Positions 13,832 through 28,398 of a stretch of DNA of 64,000 bases are shown here, piece by piece. Numbering within the stretch: the stretch's first letter is position 1; every line of letters starts with the position of its first letter. The stretch comes from Eledone cirrhosa. Taxonomy: Eukaryota. The notes under the pieces are model-generated. The model made no database searches, had not been told where the DNA came from, and worked only from the letters and a program-made list of their open reading frames with translations. The position numbers were made by a program, and so were the translations under genes. The stretch lies in NCBI GenBank assembly GCA_964016885.1, contig OZ024746.1, positions 53,878,001 through 53,942,000 on the forward strand, read 5' to 3'.

Positions 13832-14019
13832 TAATTGTTTCTACTTTTGGCACGAGGCCAGAAATTATCCCAGTGTATTATTGGTACTTTATTTTATCGA
13901 CCCCGTAAGGATGAAAGGCAAAGTTAACCTCGGCGGAATTTGAACTCAGAATGGCAAGGGCCGCAACTCAATGCGTCAAAGCATGGCGTTCGACCCTCTA
14001 CCAATACTGCCAATCCACA
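13832..14019 (-). mobile_element. tRNA/Nin-domain SINE, near full length
   Basis: A-box-like TGGCAGTATTGG and B-box GAGTTCAAATTCC on the - strand, plus Nin core. Confidence 0.9.
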
Positions 14020-14604
14020 TGGTTCCAACACCTCCTTTCATTCAACATTAGATTTAATACATCAAGAGATTTTTCTAACGTTTATCAATCTCTCTACATG
14101 ATACAACGCGAGAATATGTTACACATGTATCAGGAACATGAACGATATGATATTAACAACTACCAACAAATCTGAAGTCATATGTTCATGTACGATACAA
14201 ATATATGAACACAAGATAAATATTATAGCATAGAATCCCCATAATTTACGAAAACTAATTTACGAAATCTTTCTGAAAACTAATCTAAAAGTCTCAGTGA
14301 CTTTGAAGTTTCGAAGATGGTGCCTCATCAGACAGCAGTCTTAGAAGGCACCAAAACCAATTTATCCTTCGGAAAATAAAACTTATATATTGCTCAAATC
14401 TGTTAGGTGTTCATTCAATTCAATGTTGACCTTTATATGTACTCATATAGATAACTACAGCCCTACAATCTCCCTGCACTCATGCATTCTCTCTCTCTTT
14501 GTCTTCTCCTTTTCTTCTCCCTTCGCCCATTTGTTCTTGAGTGTGTCGTGGGGGAGAGTTTTCAAACCAAACACTCCTTCCAGATGGTCTTGTCAGAAAC
14601 ATCC

Positions 14605-14730
14605 GTCTCCAAGGCGATCCTATTCTTTCGGTCATTACCCAAGATTCATGACCATAGGTAAAGGTAAGGGTTGGCACGAAAACCGAATTGAAGACAGCGA
14701 GTTTGGTTTTTATGCCTACTTCTCTTCTCT
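14605..14730 (-). mobile_element. RTE (Expander-like) RT C-terminal fragment
   Basis: KTKLAVFNSVFVPTL..TYGHESWVMTERI. Confidence 0.8.
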
Positions 14731-14908
14731 TTATCATGTGAGTACTCGATACATGGTGAGATGTAGAGTGTGTATAGTGAAGTGTAAAATCCCGGCCAGG
14801 CCAACAAGCGATTTCGGCTTGTGTATTATACAAGCCCCCCCCCCCCCCCCCGCCCATCTCCCTCTCTCTGTATGTATATATATATGTATATATATATACA
14901 TATATATG

Positions 14909-15108
14909 TATTTTATCTGATGAAAGCGCACCAAGATTGGCTTGGTTGCCCTTGAAATATATATAATAAAATAAATATAGTTTTATATATATAGTTTCCA
15001 TTTATTTAATATCACGGAATATTTACTCCAGTAACTTGCTGAGTGCTCTAAATCAGTTATAAACATTTATGTTTGTCGGAATTCCAAGAAATTAAATACA
15101 ACTTCTAC
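14909..15108 (+). mobile_element. Family A hammerhead element, 5'-truncated at stem I; intact hammerhead 14909-14973
   Basis: TATTTTAT CTGATGA AAG-C-GCA-CCAAG..CTTGG-T-TGC-C-CTT GAAA TATATA TA ATAAAATA. Confidence 0.85.
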
Positions 15109-15132
15109 ATATATATATATATATATATATAT

Positions 15133-15311
15133 GAAAAGATTCAAGACCCCGACGGCTGAGCTACGGTCGTTTCGACAGCTATATCCGAACTAGCGGTCGG
15201 ATCTAGCTGTCGAAACGGCCGAAATCTTTTCATATTACCCACTCCACTACCATAAGTATCGAGTATTCCGGTGCGTTACAGTCCATCTGGTATCTCACCA
15301 CACCCTCTTTG

Positions 15312-15313
<2 letters not shown>
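15133..15313 (+). mobile_element. Family B fold-back element (subfamily 2, internal deletion)
   Basis: TTTCGACAGCTA..TCCGA-loop-TCGGA..TAGCTGTCGAAACGGC plus the family tail. Confidence 0.82.
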
Positions 15314-15389
<76 letters not shown>

Positions 15390-15634
15390 ATGTGTGCGTG
15401 TGTCCGTGTTTACTCTTTGTTAATATCCCGTATCCCGCAAAGTTTCGGTTCAGGAAATAGAAATCGATCTGATAAGTACCAGTGACAGAAAATAAGTTTT
15501 GGGACCTATTAAATCCTTTCACGACAGTACACTAATCATTTCAGACAAATGACTGAAACCAGTAAAACTAAAATAGACAGAAGACCAAGTGTGCAAAATA
15601 ATGGTCTGGAGTTCTCTACATACAAACAGTAAAA

Positions 15635-15775
15635 ATTTCCTACTTTTGGCACAAGGCCAGCAACTATCCCAGTGCATTACTGGTACTTTATTTTATCGAC
15701 CCCCGTAAGGATGAAAGGCAAAGTTAACCTCGGCGGGATTTGAACTCAGAATGACAAGGGCCGTAACTCTATGCA
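15635..15775 (-). mobile_element. tRNA/Nin-domain SINE
   Basis: Family core and B-box. Confidence 0.88.
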
Positions 15776-16293
15776 TGAACTCTATAGATGATGAAGACAA
15801 GCACAAGGATATGGTCCGAACGTGGTAGACCAAAAGTTAAAGAGAGGAAATGGGTGTAGATAGATATATAGAAAGCGAGAGATGGTAGAGAACGAGAGAG
15901 AGAGAGAGAGAGAGAGAGATCTAGTTAGAGAAAGAGATATTGATGTGTAGTAGAGTCTATAGTTTTTAGTTGAATGGTGGAGGTGGAAATAGAGGGCGAG
16001 AATGAGGACAATGAGGGGAATGGACGTCAATTCGAAATATTTGGGTTATGTACACATGTACAGCGACAGGAACTATACAGAGGTAGACACACATACACAC
16101 ACACATATATATATATAGTTACACACATATATATACATACAGTTATACGCATACCTGCATACATACATGGAGGCATATAGAGAACCACACTTCCATTATT
16201 TAAATAAACGAACATGTACATATACTTAACATATTTACACAGACGTTAATATATACTATATATATATCTATACGCATGAATACCCCCCCCTCT

Positions 16294-16333
<40 letters not shown>

Positions 16334-16398
16334 CACTCTCTCTCTATATACATATATATATATATCACTCTCTCTCTGCCTCTCTCTCTCTGTGCCCC

Positions 16399-16434
<36 letters not shown>

Positions 16435-16461
16435 CACTCCCTCTCTTCCCCCCTCTCTCTC

Positions 16462-16548
<87 letters not shown>

Positions 16549-16696
16549 TTACCATATATACACACATTAAATACGTACATGCAAACACATGCACAGTCAC
16601 ACTCACACATACAAAGTGAAAATTGACCCAGACTTAGTGAAAAAGTAATAAACTGTCCCCAACTCCTTCACATAACCACCTCCTCTCCACCACCAT

Positions 16697-17379
<683 letters not shown>

Positions 17380-17564
17380 GCGATCAGTCCAATGAGCCCT
17401 TCCTGTTTTTAAGACGGTAAGGTGTGATATGAGGAAGACCTAGCTGCTATTTCTAACAAACCAAGTAACTATTTAGAAGCTCCCAAGTTAGCTTGTAATG
17501 GAGGATGGTAGAAGATGTGGTGATGGTTATATTGGTGGTAAGGTGTTGGTACTAACGAATAACG

Positions 17565-18290
17565 GCTAGTGGTAGTAATGGTGGTGTCGGTGATGAGTGG
17601 AGCTGATGCTGGAGGTGGTGAGTGGTGCTGGTGGTGGTAAATGTGATGGTGATGGAGGTAGAGGTAGTGGTGGTGATGGTGAGTGGAGATGGTGATGGTG
17701 GTGAGGACGGTTAGTGAGTGGTGGCGGTAGTGGTAAATGTGATGGTGATGGAGGTAGAGGTGGTGAGTGGTGTTGGTGGTGGTGAGTGGAGGTGATGAGT
17801 GGTGATTGGAGGTGGTGAGTGGTGGTGCGGAGTGGAGGTGGTGCTGGTGATGGTGAGTGGTGCTGGTGGTGGTGGTGAGTGGAGGTGGTGGTGGTGAGTG
17901 GTGGATTAGTGAGTGGTGGTAGTAATGGTGGTGTTGGTGATGAGTGGAGGTGGTGCTGGAGGTGGTGTTGATGTTGGTGGTGGTGGTGAGTAGATGTGGT
18001 AGTAGTGGTGGTGAGTGGAGCTGGTGGTAGCGAGTGTAGGTGGTGGTGGTGGTTAGTGGAGGTGGTGGTAGTGAGTGGAGGTGGTAGTGGTCGTGAGTGG
18101 TGGTGATGGTGAGTGGAGGTGGTGGTGAGTGGTGGTGTTGGTGGTGGTGAGTGTAGGTGGTAGTGGTGGTGAGTGATGGTGGTGGTAATGGTGAATGGAG
18201 GTGGTGGGGGTGGTGAGTGGGGGTGGTGGTGGTGATGAGAGGTGTGCTGGTGAGTGGAGGTGGTGCTGGTGGTGGTGGCCATGATGAAAG
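17565..18290. repeat. Degenerate (GGT)n low-complexity tract with recurring GAGTGGAGG
   Basis: Directly visible. Confidence 0.9.
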
Positions 18291-18396
18291 TGGAAAATGA
18301 TCGATGGTGCCGGGTGGTGGGATTGAGTGATGGTGGCCATAATGAGTGGTGGTGGGAGTGATGATAAAGCCGAGGGAGTACGGCACCTATTATCTG

Positions 18397-18541
18397 TCTT
18401 CTTCTTCTTCTTCTTCTTCTTCTTCTTCTTCTTCTTCTTCTTCTTCTTCTTCTTCTTCTTCTTCTTCTTCTTCTTCTTCTTCTTCTTCTTCTTCTTCTTC
18501 TTCTTCTTCTTCTTCTTCTTCTTCTTCTTCTTCTTCTTCTT
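18397..18541. repeat. (CTT)n microsatellite
   Basis: Directly visible. Confidence 0.98.
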
Positions 18542-18859
18542 TACCTACCACTTATTTACTTCGCCTGCATTTTCTCTGTTTTTTCTACACAGGTTGACCA
18601 ATAAAACACACACATTTACATAATACATACACACATATATTTATACACACACACATACACGCATTCGTACAAATGTACACACACATGTTTATAACTTATT
18701 CTTCTTTGTGAATTTTAACTATTTTATTTTTGCTGGGACAGTTCATAGCCACGATATTTTAATTCTAAGTGAGACGTCACAATTTCAAAGTGAGATGAAG
18801 GATTTCAAAAACGGACACGACCACTTGAATGTGAAGAGCACAGGATTACACGACAACAA

Positions 18860-19295
18860 TAATGGTTACTTATATAGGCACAAGACCAGCAATTTGTGTA
18901 GAGGTGAAAGTCGATTAAATCGATCCCAGTGCGTGACTGGTATTTATCATATCTACCCCGTAAGGATGAGGCAAAGTTAACCTCGGCGGGATTTGAACTC
19001 AGATCATAAAGGGACGTAATTCTTTGCAACAAAACATAGCATCCGACCCTCTACCGATACTCCCAATCCACCGCCCTACATGACAAGAATAATGAGTTTT
19101 AATGTTAGTACAAAGCCAGCAATTTGGGTGGAGTGAAAAGTCAATCATATCGATCTCAGTACTTGACTGGTACTTATTTTATCAACCCTAGAAAAAGGAC
19201 AGACAAAGTTGACTGTAGCGATATTTGAAATCAGATTGTAAAAAGCTGTAATGCAGCAAAGCATTAGGTCCGACTCCCTAATGATTCTGTCAAAT
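18860..19295 (-). mobile_element. Two tandem tRNA/Nin-domain SINEs (second is older)
   Basis: Family core at ~18935-18990 and ~19165-19230. Confidence 0.82.
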
Positions 19296-19371
19296 CTAAT
19301 AATTATTAGATTTGGCTAATTATAATTAGCCAAAAGTGTTCATACACATGATATAACAAACTTTGTAAATA

Positions 19372-19535
19372 CTGTATTTCCCGGCGTCGAAGACGCTACT
19401 TTTTTCCTAAAATAAGTCTAAAAATTCTACCATTCGCCTTGGAGGCCTAAGGTTGTTTATTAGTTTTTTTTCAAATTTTTGGTTGTCAAAATTAGGGTGC
19501 GTCCTCGAGGACGTCTTCGGCGCTGAGAAATACAG
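19372..19535. mobile_element. Tc1/mariner-type MITE
   Basis: TIRs CTGTATTTC-CCGGCG / CGCTGA-GAAATACAG flanked by TA on both sides. Confidence 0.75.
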
Positions 19536-19862
19536 TACATGTGTCAAAATTCATGTGAAGCAGGACATAATAAGTTATATAAAAAATAGGGTGGGTAAGA
19601 GATGCTATACATTAAAAAAGACATAAAAAATGAAGTAAACATTAAGGTCATAAGATAAATAAATAGGAAGAGAAACTAGAAATAAATCACACACTAAGTA
19701 ATGCAATATATATGATTATTTGAACAACCCCTAAAGAGATATTCAGTCTTTAAATCTCGGAGATCATATCAGCTGATTAACGGTTTCCCACTGTCGCCCT
19801 ATACAAACAGCAAGACTCTATTTTGTATATACACTTCATGCAGAGCACTAAACCTATATCCA

Positions 19863-19942
<80 letters not shown>

Positions 19943-19944
<2 letters not shown>

Positions 19945-20123
19945 ATAATAATAAATTTGAAGACTAAAATCCAAAGAGGGCTCGATAAGCATAACTATAT
20001 ATCAGATATATAAGAACCGTAGAGCAAATATTTATTAAAATAACAGATTAAAGTTTAAGCAAAGAATCGGTACTTTCACCCTTAACGGGATCTTCTGAAG
20101 ATCCCGTTAAGGGTGAAAGCACC
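19943..20123 (-). mobile_element. Solo Naiad pLTR end (family C) with short fold-back centred in a CTGAAGA hammerhead core
   Basis: Reverse complement of ~2777-2930. Palindrome CTTTCACCCTTAACGGGATCTTC-T-GAAGATCCCGTTAAGGGTGAAAG. Confidence 0.82.
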
Positions 20124-20659
20124 AAAAAAGCCTTTTCTCACTTAAAAACATTTCAAGCACAGGCATCGCTTGATATGTGACATTTTCTGTGCTGCATCGC
20201 ATTGCTGACCATAAGCAAGCCCCTAACAGGACTAAAAAGCCACGTCCATGATTCTCACGATTAAGTATCAAGCGATGGCATTACTCGAAATCGAGTTGCA
20301 GCCATCATATATATATATTCATTTATGTTGTATGATTCACCAATAGGTAGAACTAGTCATTCCATTAAGTTAAACATGATGTATATGGTAAAAGTACTCC
20401 ACGTTATGTAATCATCCATAGTAGATGTTGAATACCGGAGATGGTCTGCCACGACAATAACACTGAATTCGCGGACCATCTGCAGAGCAAATATATTCTC
20501 TACTCCTTTTATTGATTAACTAATTATGCAATCCGAACCTGATGATGATGTCGCCAGGATCTTATGTAACCAGACCATTGAAAAATATATATAGTGTTTT
20601 TTGCAACATTAAAACTTTATAGGGATATTGCGAGTCCGGTCTTCTGTTGATTTAATTAT

Positions 20660-21080
20660 ATATATATGGTCATGAATCTTGGGTAGTGACCGAAAGAATA
20701 CAAACGGTGAAAATGGGTTTCCACCGAAGTGTAGTAACGTTACTCGACAGAGTGCGTAGCGCGGAGACGAGAGAGTCGTTCCAGGTAGAACCGCTACTTC
20801 TCCGAATTGAGCGATCACATATCCGATACTATGGGCATGCGGTTAGAATGTCTCAGGAAAGAATCGCTGGACATACTTTAAGGGCAAAACCAACTGACTG
20901 GACATCCATATGTAGACCTCGAGCAAAATGGATGGATAACGAACACAACCTCCGCTGGTCTAGCTTTCGGATCCAGTCCGATCAATTGGAGACGGCTGCT
21001 TCTGACAGGACTCGCGAGAATGTGTGTTTGAGGACTCTGCCCCCATGACCCTCACAACAATAAGTGAGCGAAGAAGAAGA
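20660..21080 (+). mobile_element. RTE (Expander-like) LINE 3' end
   Basis: YGHESWVVTERI, TLLDRVRS, VEPLLLRIERS..RYYGHAVRM, RPRAKWMD; (GAA)n-like tail. Confidence 0.85.
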
Positions 21081-21082
21081 TA

Positions 21083-21256
21083 ATAATTGTTTCTACTTTT
21101 GGCACAAGACCAGCAATTATCCTAGTACATTACTGGTACTTTATTTTATCGATCCCATAAGGATGAAAGGCAAAGTTAACCTCGGTGGGATTTGAACTCA
21201 GATCATAAAGGGGCGTAACTCTATGTTGCAAAGCATGGCATCCGACCTTCTACCGA
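21083..21256 (-). mobile_element. tRNA/Nin-domain SINE
   Basis: Family core. Confidence 0.88.
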
Positions 21257-21791
21257 TGATGATGATAATGATGATGATGATGATGATAATGATGATGATG
21301 ATGATGATGATGATGATAAGTTTTGCAGGTGTCTAACTGTCAAATTATACGTGATTTGTACTCCTCAATGTTGTGTCTGTATATGTGCGTGGTTGAGTGT
21401 GAGAACAGTGACCTGTCCGAACTTTAATCGTATTTTCACAATATGTGGCCCTGGCAATGAAATGTCAGTGTGTCGGCAGGGTGCAATAGTATTGTCATTG
21501 GCAGCTGTTAGTTTTGATAATGCAACACCAGGTGGTATTATATGCATACATTCACAGATACCTCCCTACATACAGGAATCTCTATCTATATTTTATCTAC
21601 CACATGATACGCACGCATGTCTATATATATATATATACACACACAATCGGAAAAGAATTGTTTGAAACACAACCCACATGAGGCAGACCTCGTAACAGCA
21701 TTGAGTGCTTCGAACGGCCCGCCACCTGTAACTGTCTTTACAAAACACACACACACATATATATATATGTATATATTTATTTAATATAGAA

Positions 21792-21858
21792 ATGGCTTCT
21801 ACAGGACTAGAACTGTTTCCTTCGAAGGAAATCATCAAAAAATCATCAGGAAAGCCAT
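21792..21858 (-). ncRNA. Type I hammerhead ribozyme remnant between (TA)n tracts
   Basis: Minus strand: ATGGCTTTC CTGATGA (duplicated TTGATGA) ..CTTCGAAG GAAA CAG-TTCTAGTC-CTG TA GAAGCCAT. Confidence 0.65.
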
Positions 21859-21953
21859 ATATATATTATATATATATATATAGAGAGAGAGACATGCGTG
21901 CGTATACATATATATACATGTATATATACATGTGCGTATACATATATATATAT

Positions 21954-22138
21954 AACGAAGGAGTGTGGTAAGGAACCTGTTGGACCATAACGCACCAGAG
22001 TACTCAATACTTAGGGTAGTAGAGTGGGAAATAGGAAAAAGTATAACTCCGACGGCAGAGCTCAAGCCGTTTCGACGGCTATTTCTAGAAATAGCCGTCG
22101 AAACGGCTTGAGCTCTGCTGTCGGGGTTATACATTTTC

Positions 22139-22140
<2 letters not shown>
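21954..22140 (-). mobile_element. Family B fold-back element
   Basis: Tail plus palindrome centred at TTTCT|AGAAA (22086/22087). Confidence 0.88.
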
Positions 22141-22176
<36 letters not shown>

Positions 22177-22473
22177 CAAGTGTTACTGTCACAGTTAAGT
22201 TAGTTTTATCATATTCAGTACAAACCGTATTATTTTAACAAATAGCAACTAAAACTCTAGTGGGGATTGTCTCCGCCTGGTTTAGAAGGGGATTGTCTCC
22301 GCCTGGTTTAGAAGGGCCAAGACACTCCGTGTTTCAGGATGGTTTCCTTAGGATTCCATCAAGTACTTTACAATTTTGTCCTATCTAAAAATAAGTATTC
22401 TGTTTGAACAAAAAATATTAATATGATTTGAATTATCATTACACAATATAATCAATATTATTCCAGTTATTGA

Positions 22474-22885
22474 GGGCAGGTGATTGGTAGTATCGATTGA
22501 GCGTCGGACAACATACTTTATGGTACAAGGTTACGCCCCTTTACGATCTGAGTTGAAATCCTACCGCGGTTAGCTTTACCTTTCATCCTAAAGTACCAAT
22601 AATGCAATGGGGTCGATTTAATCAACTTTTCCCTTCCCACAAAATTGTTGGCCTTGTGCCTAAATCATAAATCATTATTATTCCAAGTATAGGGCGGTGG
22701 ATTGGCAGTATCGGTAGAGGGACGGACGCCATGCTTTGACGCATAGAGTTACGGCCCTTGCCAATCTGAGTTCAAATCCCGCCGAGGTTAACTTTGCCTT
22801 TCATCCTTATGGGCGGTTGATAAAATTAAGTATCATTAATACACTGGGTAATTGCTGGCCTTGTGCCAAAAGTAGAAACAATTAT
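22474..22885 (+). mobile_element. Two tandem tRNA/Nin-domain SINEs
   Basis: Heads GGGC(A)GGTG-ATTGG at ~22474 and ~22692; B-boxes; family tail. Confidence 0.87.
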
Positions 22886-23357
22886 TATTCCAATTATTAT
22901 TTTTTGTCAAGTACAGTAAAGAACTCCAGAGAGGTTTCCATATATTATGACATCATGTGTACATCGTAGATAAGACTTCAGTCCCTGTTTGCTGGGAAGT
23001 AGCGATGAGAGAATTAGTAATATTTTATATTGGTTTGTTCAGGGAAATAGAATTGTTTTGAGGGAGTTAGGATAAATAAGTCATTGAGATCATCACCATG
23101 AAAAATATTAGTTAAGTTTATATCAGCAGAACTAATAAATGGACTGTGAAGATGCACAGTATAATGGGTAGGTTTTTCGGTTCATGATTGTAAGGTTATG
23201 ACTTTGATTCCAGTTGGCACGTTGTGTCCTTGAACAAAACACTTTACTTTAGGTTGTTCTAGTCTATTCACCAGGACAAAATTAGTTGCACCTGTAATTC
23301 ACAGCGTTGTCATATTGTACAACTTTGATCTTACTGAAAATTACGTTAATGAGGTTG

Positions 23358-23403
<46 letters not shown>

Positions 23404-23544
23404 GATGCTCTTGGTGTTGTTGCTGTTGCTGTTGTTGATGCTCTTGGCGATAGTGTTGTTGTTATTATTATCAATAGTGCTGGTGCTGTTACTGTTGTTG
23501 TTGGTAGTGCTGTTACAATTGATGTTACTTTAGTTGTTATGTGA

Positions 23545-23885
23545 AGGTGCATGGCTTTGTGGTAAGAGCATTGGGCTTGCAAACGGAAGGTTATGAATTC
23601 GATTCTCGGAGCGGGTGATGCGTTATGTCCTTGAGCCAGACACTTTGTTTTCACGATGCTCCAGTTTATTCAGCTGTAGAAATGAGTTGCGACGTCACTG
23701 GTGCCAAGCTGTATCGGCCATTGCCTTTCCCTTGGACATCATAAGTGGCGTGGAGAGGGGAGAGTGGTGTGCATGGGTGACTGTTGTTCTTCCACAACCA
23801 ACCTTACCGGGACTTGTGCCTCGAATGGAAACTCTCTAGATGCAAATCACATGGTCATTCGTGACCTAAGGCGGTCTTTACCCTT
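23545..23885 (+). mobile_element. Second tRNA-derived SINE family (CORE/V-like TGTCCTTGAGC-AGACACTT domain)
   Basis: A-box TGGCTTTGTGG, B-box-like TTCGATTCTC. Related copies at ~59685-59830 (+), ~58080-58203 (-) and ~33110-33255 (-). Confidence 0.75.
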
Positions 23886-23997
23886 ATTATTTTCAATGGT
23901 GGTGGTGGTGTTACTGTTGTAGTTTTGTAGTTGTTGATGTTGTTGTGGTTGATGATGTTAATATTGTTGTTATTATTGTTGTTATTATTGGGGAGAT

Positions 23998-24310
23998 TGG
24001 CGGTGGATTGGCAGTATCGGTAGAGTCTCGGACGTCATGCTTTGCAACATTGAGTTACTTTCTCTTTACGTTCTGAGTTCAAATCTCACCGAGGTTAATT
24101 TTGCTTTTCATCCTTACGGGGTCGATAAAATAAAGTACCAGTAATGCACTGGTGTAATAGCTGGCTTTGTGCCAAAAGTAGAAACAATTATTATTATTAA
24201 AAATCGCGCCGAGGTTAACTTTGCCTTTCATCCTTACGGGGGCGATAAAATAAAGTACCTGTAATGAACTGGGGTTATTGGTGGCCTTGTGCCAAAAGTA
24301 GAAACAATTG
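23998..24310 (+). mobile_element. tRNA/Nin-domain SINE followed by a partial tandem copy
   Basis: Family core appears twice. Confidence 0.88.
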
Positions 24311-24669
24311 TTACGGAGATTGCTGAAAACGTTCTATTAGTGTGTATATTAGACAACCAGGTAGGGTTAAGAGGTTAAGAAATTTACCTTGCAATCACGA
24401 GATCCCAAGTTTAATCCCACAGTGTGACATCTAGGGTAACTGTTTTCATCATAGTCCTAGTTCGACCTAAACATGGCCTCAGTCTGTCGACTGGAAAACG
24501 TGATAGAATAAGAAAGTGGAACGGAATCTTTATCGGACCTAGTCAGATAGAATGAATCTGTAGAGGAAAATACTAGTTTTGTCACATAGTGTGTTACACT
24601 GATTTGTTTTGGTGATTACGTACGTTAACGGTACACGTGACTGTGGAATACTCTGCCATTTATACGATA

Positions 24670-24885
24670 ATAATTGTTTCTGATTTAGGCAGAAGTTCAG
24701 CAATTTAAAGGGGAGGGGAGAGTCGATTAAATTCACCCCAGTGCAATACTGGTACTTTATTTTTATCGATCCCGTAAGGATGAAAGGCAAAGCTAGCCTC
24801 GCTGGGATTTGAATTCAGAACGTAAAGGACAGTAACTGTATGCTGTGAAGCATGTATCCGACGCTCTACCGATTCTGCCAATATG
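24670..24885 (-). mobile_element. tRNA/Nin-domain SINE
   Basis: Family core. Confidence 0.85.
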
Positions 24886-24920
24886 CTGCATTTATACTAT
24901 ATTATTGTATATGTAAATAA

Positions 24921-25110
24921 GGGCGGTGGATTGGCAGTATCGGTAGAGGGTCGGACGCCATGCTTTCCAGCATAGTTACGTCCCTTTACGATCTGAGTTC
25001 AAATCCCGCCGAGGTTGACTTTGCCTTTCATCCTTACGGGGTCGATAAAATAAAGTACCAGTAATGCACTGGGTAATTGCTGGCCTTGTGCCTAAAGTAG
25101 AAACAATTAT
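24921..25110 (+). mobile_element. tRNA/Nin-domain SINE, full length and young, with TSD-like ATTATTGTATATGTAA flanks
   Basis: GGCGGTGGATTGGCAGTATCGG...GAGTTCAAATCCC...GTAGAAACAATT. ATTATTGTATATGTAA occurs at ~24902 and ~25106. Confidence 0.92.
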
Positions 25111-25871
25111 TGTATATGTAATTCAAAGGTCCAACCTTATATATTATGTCAGAATCATTCTGTCGCAGAAATTAAGTTTAGGATACAGGTATTTGTGGAA
25201 ATTCACGAGGCAGGTATTATGTTGATCGGACAAATGAATGCTCATCGCTGAAACCGATGGAGGATCCATAATGGTAATATTTACAGTTACAATCTTTCGT
25301 TTTTCATACAATCTTTTGGATTGTGGAAGTATACTACTAGATATATTGTGGTTTATATGTTCACTATTTCTCTCTTATTTTTCTTCTCTCCCTCATTTTC
25401 CTTCCCTCCTTCTCTCTCTTTCGCTATCTCTCTCACTCAGTATATCTTTTTTTCCTCTCCTATCACGTACATTCTTTTTCTACTTCTCTCTCATTCGCCC
25501 TCTGTCACAATCTTTCACAGGTTTTCCTTCGCCAGTCTCACACTTCCATTATCACATACACATATACACACCCATATACACATAAACATAGACATATACA
25601 CATACACACACATATATATGACGCAGGTACGCAACAATCCGCCGCGAGCGCCTCGACAACTCGAACCCAACCACCAACCCAGCCCCTACGTTGGCTCCAT
25701 CCAATGCCTACCCTTCCATCCCTTTCACAGAACCCCTGTCTGTGTGTCCCCCCCAAAAAAATTCCATACAATATTAAAATCAGATCAGTGTGTGTATATA
25801 TATATATACACACACACACACACATATATATATATATTTACACACACAAACATATGCATACATACATATAT

Positions 25872-25926
<55 letters not shown>

Positions 25927-26060
25927 TATCGATGTACTCTAATAAACCATTGGCTTTCAGACAAACCTAAAAAAGATACCATATATAATGTTTGGGTATT
26001 TTCCAATATATATATATATAGAGAGAGAAAACACTGAGTATATGTATATATATATATGTT

Positions 26061-26117
<57 letters not shown>

Positions 26118-26172
26118 TTATATACATATCTTTATATATATATATATATACGAATATATATATATATATACG

Positions 26173-26296
<124 letters not shown>

Positions 26297-26446
26297 CATA
26301 CATATATATATATATGTGTGTGTGTATGTGTGTGTGTTTGTGTGTGTTCGTATTATTACCTTGGCCCCTTACCACAAACCAATTCAGTAACATAATTTGT
26401 GTGACGGATAATATATTTAGCCGTCCATACACTCCCCACAGGCATT

Positions 26447-26512
<66 letters not shown>

Positions 26513-26810
26513 GATAAATCGCCATATTTGTATATTGCAAATGTTCAGTTTAAAATCGACCCATTTATATTCCTTCATATCTATATACAACAATTACCAC
26601 GTGGAAGAGTCGTTTTAGTCGTTTAAAATACATACAAAACCAGTTAACCTTGTAGTTATCACGTATTTCTTGGTGTCAACAATTTCGTCGTATTATGAAC
26701 TGGTTACTGACACAGTCCCACTTTCTCTCTGACTCTCTCTCTCTCTGACTCTGAATCTCTCTCTATCTCATTCTCTCTCTCTCACCCTCTCTATCTTTAT
26801 ATATATATAG

Positions 26811-26875
<65 letters not shown>

Positions 26876-26876
<1 letters not shown>

Positions 26877-27082
26877 GATATTAACAAATGGAAACTATAC
26901 TTATAAAACCATATTTATTTCATTATACATATTTCAAAGACACCAAGTTAAATTATGGTGTGCTTTCATCAGATAAAATATAATATAGATCAGTTTTATA
27001 AATAAATATTGACATACATACCCTTAAAAAATGCAACCATTACTGTTGGAAGCTCCCGGATAGTCAATATATCCCGGATAGT

Positions 27083-27085
<3 letters not shown>
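26876..27085 (-). mobile_element. Family A hammerhead element (hammerhead 26916-26980)
   Basis: Near-identical to the 4595-4934 element; starts at GACTATCCGGGAG on the - strand. Confidence 0.85.
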
Positions 27086-27148
<63 letters not shown>

Positions 27149-27929
27149 CAATTAGAAATTGATTGACATATAAATATATCTAAAATAAACATATGAAACA
27201 ATCACAGGGGATAATTTGTAAAAGTGTGTAAGCACACATAGCTAGGTAGGTAACTAAATAAAGTTTAACTAGAACTTCAAAAATAGATACCTTATAAATT
27301 GATTAATCTTCCTTGTATATATTCCATTAAAGAAATATACTTCACCAATTAATCGATTGGTAAACGACAGTAGCCAGATCCTAGATTTTCAACGAGGAAG
27401 AGGTCTAACCATCTGTGTTTACGCATCAAATTCAAATCAGCGACTGGCAAGTAACACGTGCTGTATTTACTAAAAATACACACATCGTACCAGCTTCAAT
27501 TTCTAGTTGATATAAAATGCTCGGATCTACTCATTAGAATCTTGGAGCTTATTTTACGGGTGATATGGCGCATGTCTATCTGGCATGACACCCTTAATTT
27601 AACTTAATTTTGTATATATATATATATATATATGTGTATGTGTGTGTGTGTTGATTTCGGATTTACAGAAACCTAGTGGAGATGTTATATAATTTTATGT
27701 AATATGTCCATGATGGTCCAGGTAACAGTCAAACTTTTCCGAGTCGGTCTTTTCGTTGTTCTGGTCCTAGCGGCTCGCTTTTCGGTCGCTGGCTTCAATT
27801 TGCATAGCTGTCTAAACGTAATGTCATCACTCTAAGGTAAAATTCCTTATTGAGTGCTTTTGGCTACACCTCCCGACAGCATTCGTTAGCTTGCCCGCAA
27901 CCAGAACTTCGATTATGCTGTACTGCCTT

Positions 27930-27984
<55 letters not shown>

Positions 27985-27985
<1 letters not shown>

Positions 27986-28173
27986 ACGAAGGAAATGTGG
28001 TAAGGAACCAGGTGGACCATAACGCACCAAAGTACTCAATACTTGAGGTAGTAGAGTGGGTAATAGGAACCAGTAAGACCCCGACAGCTGAGCTCAAGCC
28101 GTTTCGACGGCTAATTCTGGACAGAATTAGCCGTCGAAACGGCTTGAGCTCAGCTGTCGGGGTCTTACTGGTT

Positions 28174-28175
<2 letters not shown>
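27985..28175 (-). mobile_element. Family B fold-back element
   Basis: Tail plus palindrome centred ~28119. Confidence 0.88.
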
Positions 28176-28234
<59 letters not shown>

Positions 28235-28236
<2 letters not shown>

Positions 28237-28398
28237 CAGAACATACATACTCACTATTTGGTTGGTTTTCGCTTCTGTATCTTTTATATCTCTATGGAGA
28301 TATAAAAGACACAGAAGCGAAAACCAACCAAATAGTGAGTATGTTCTTTATATTATTTCTGGCAATGCTATTACAACAATATGACTCTCCCCAAGTAT

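Noticed and set aside
22262-22313. 26-bp exact tandem duplication
   Set aside because: Ordinary slippage-type duplication with no further structure.
24921-25110. SINE heads as functional tRNA genes; CCCCGTAAGGATGAAA in the SINE core as a hammerhead
   Set aside because: The heads run into a SINE body with no complete cloverleaf, and there is no CUGANGA upstream of the GAAA.
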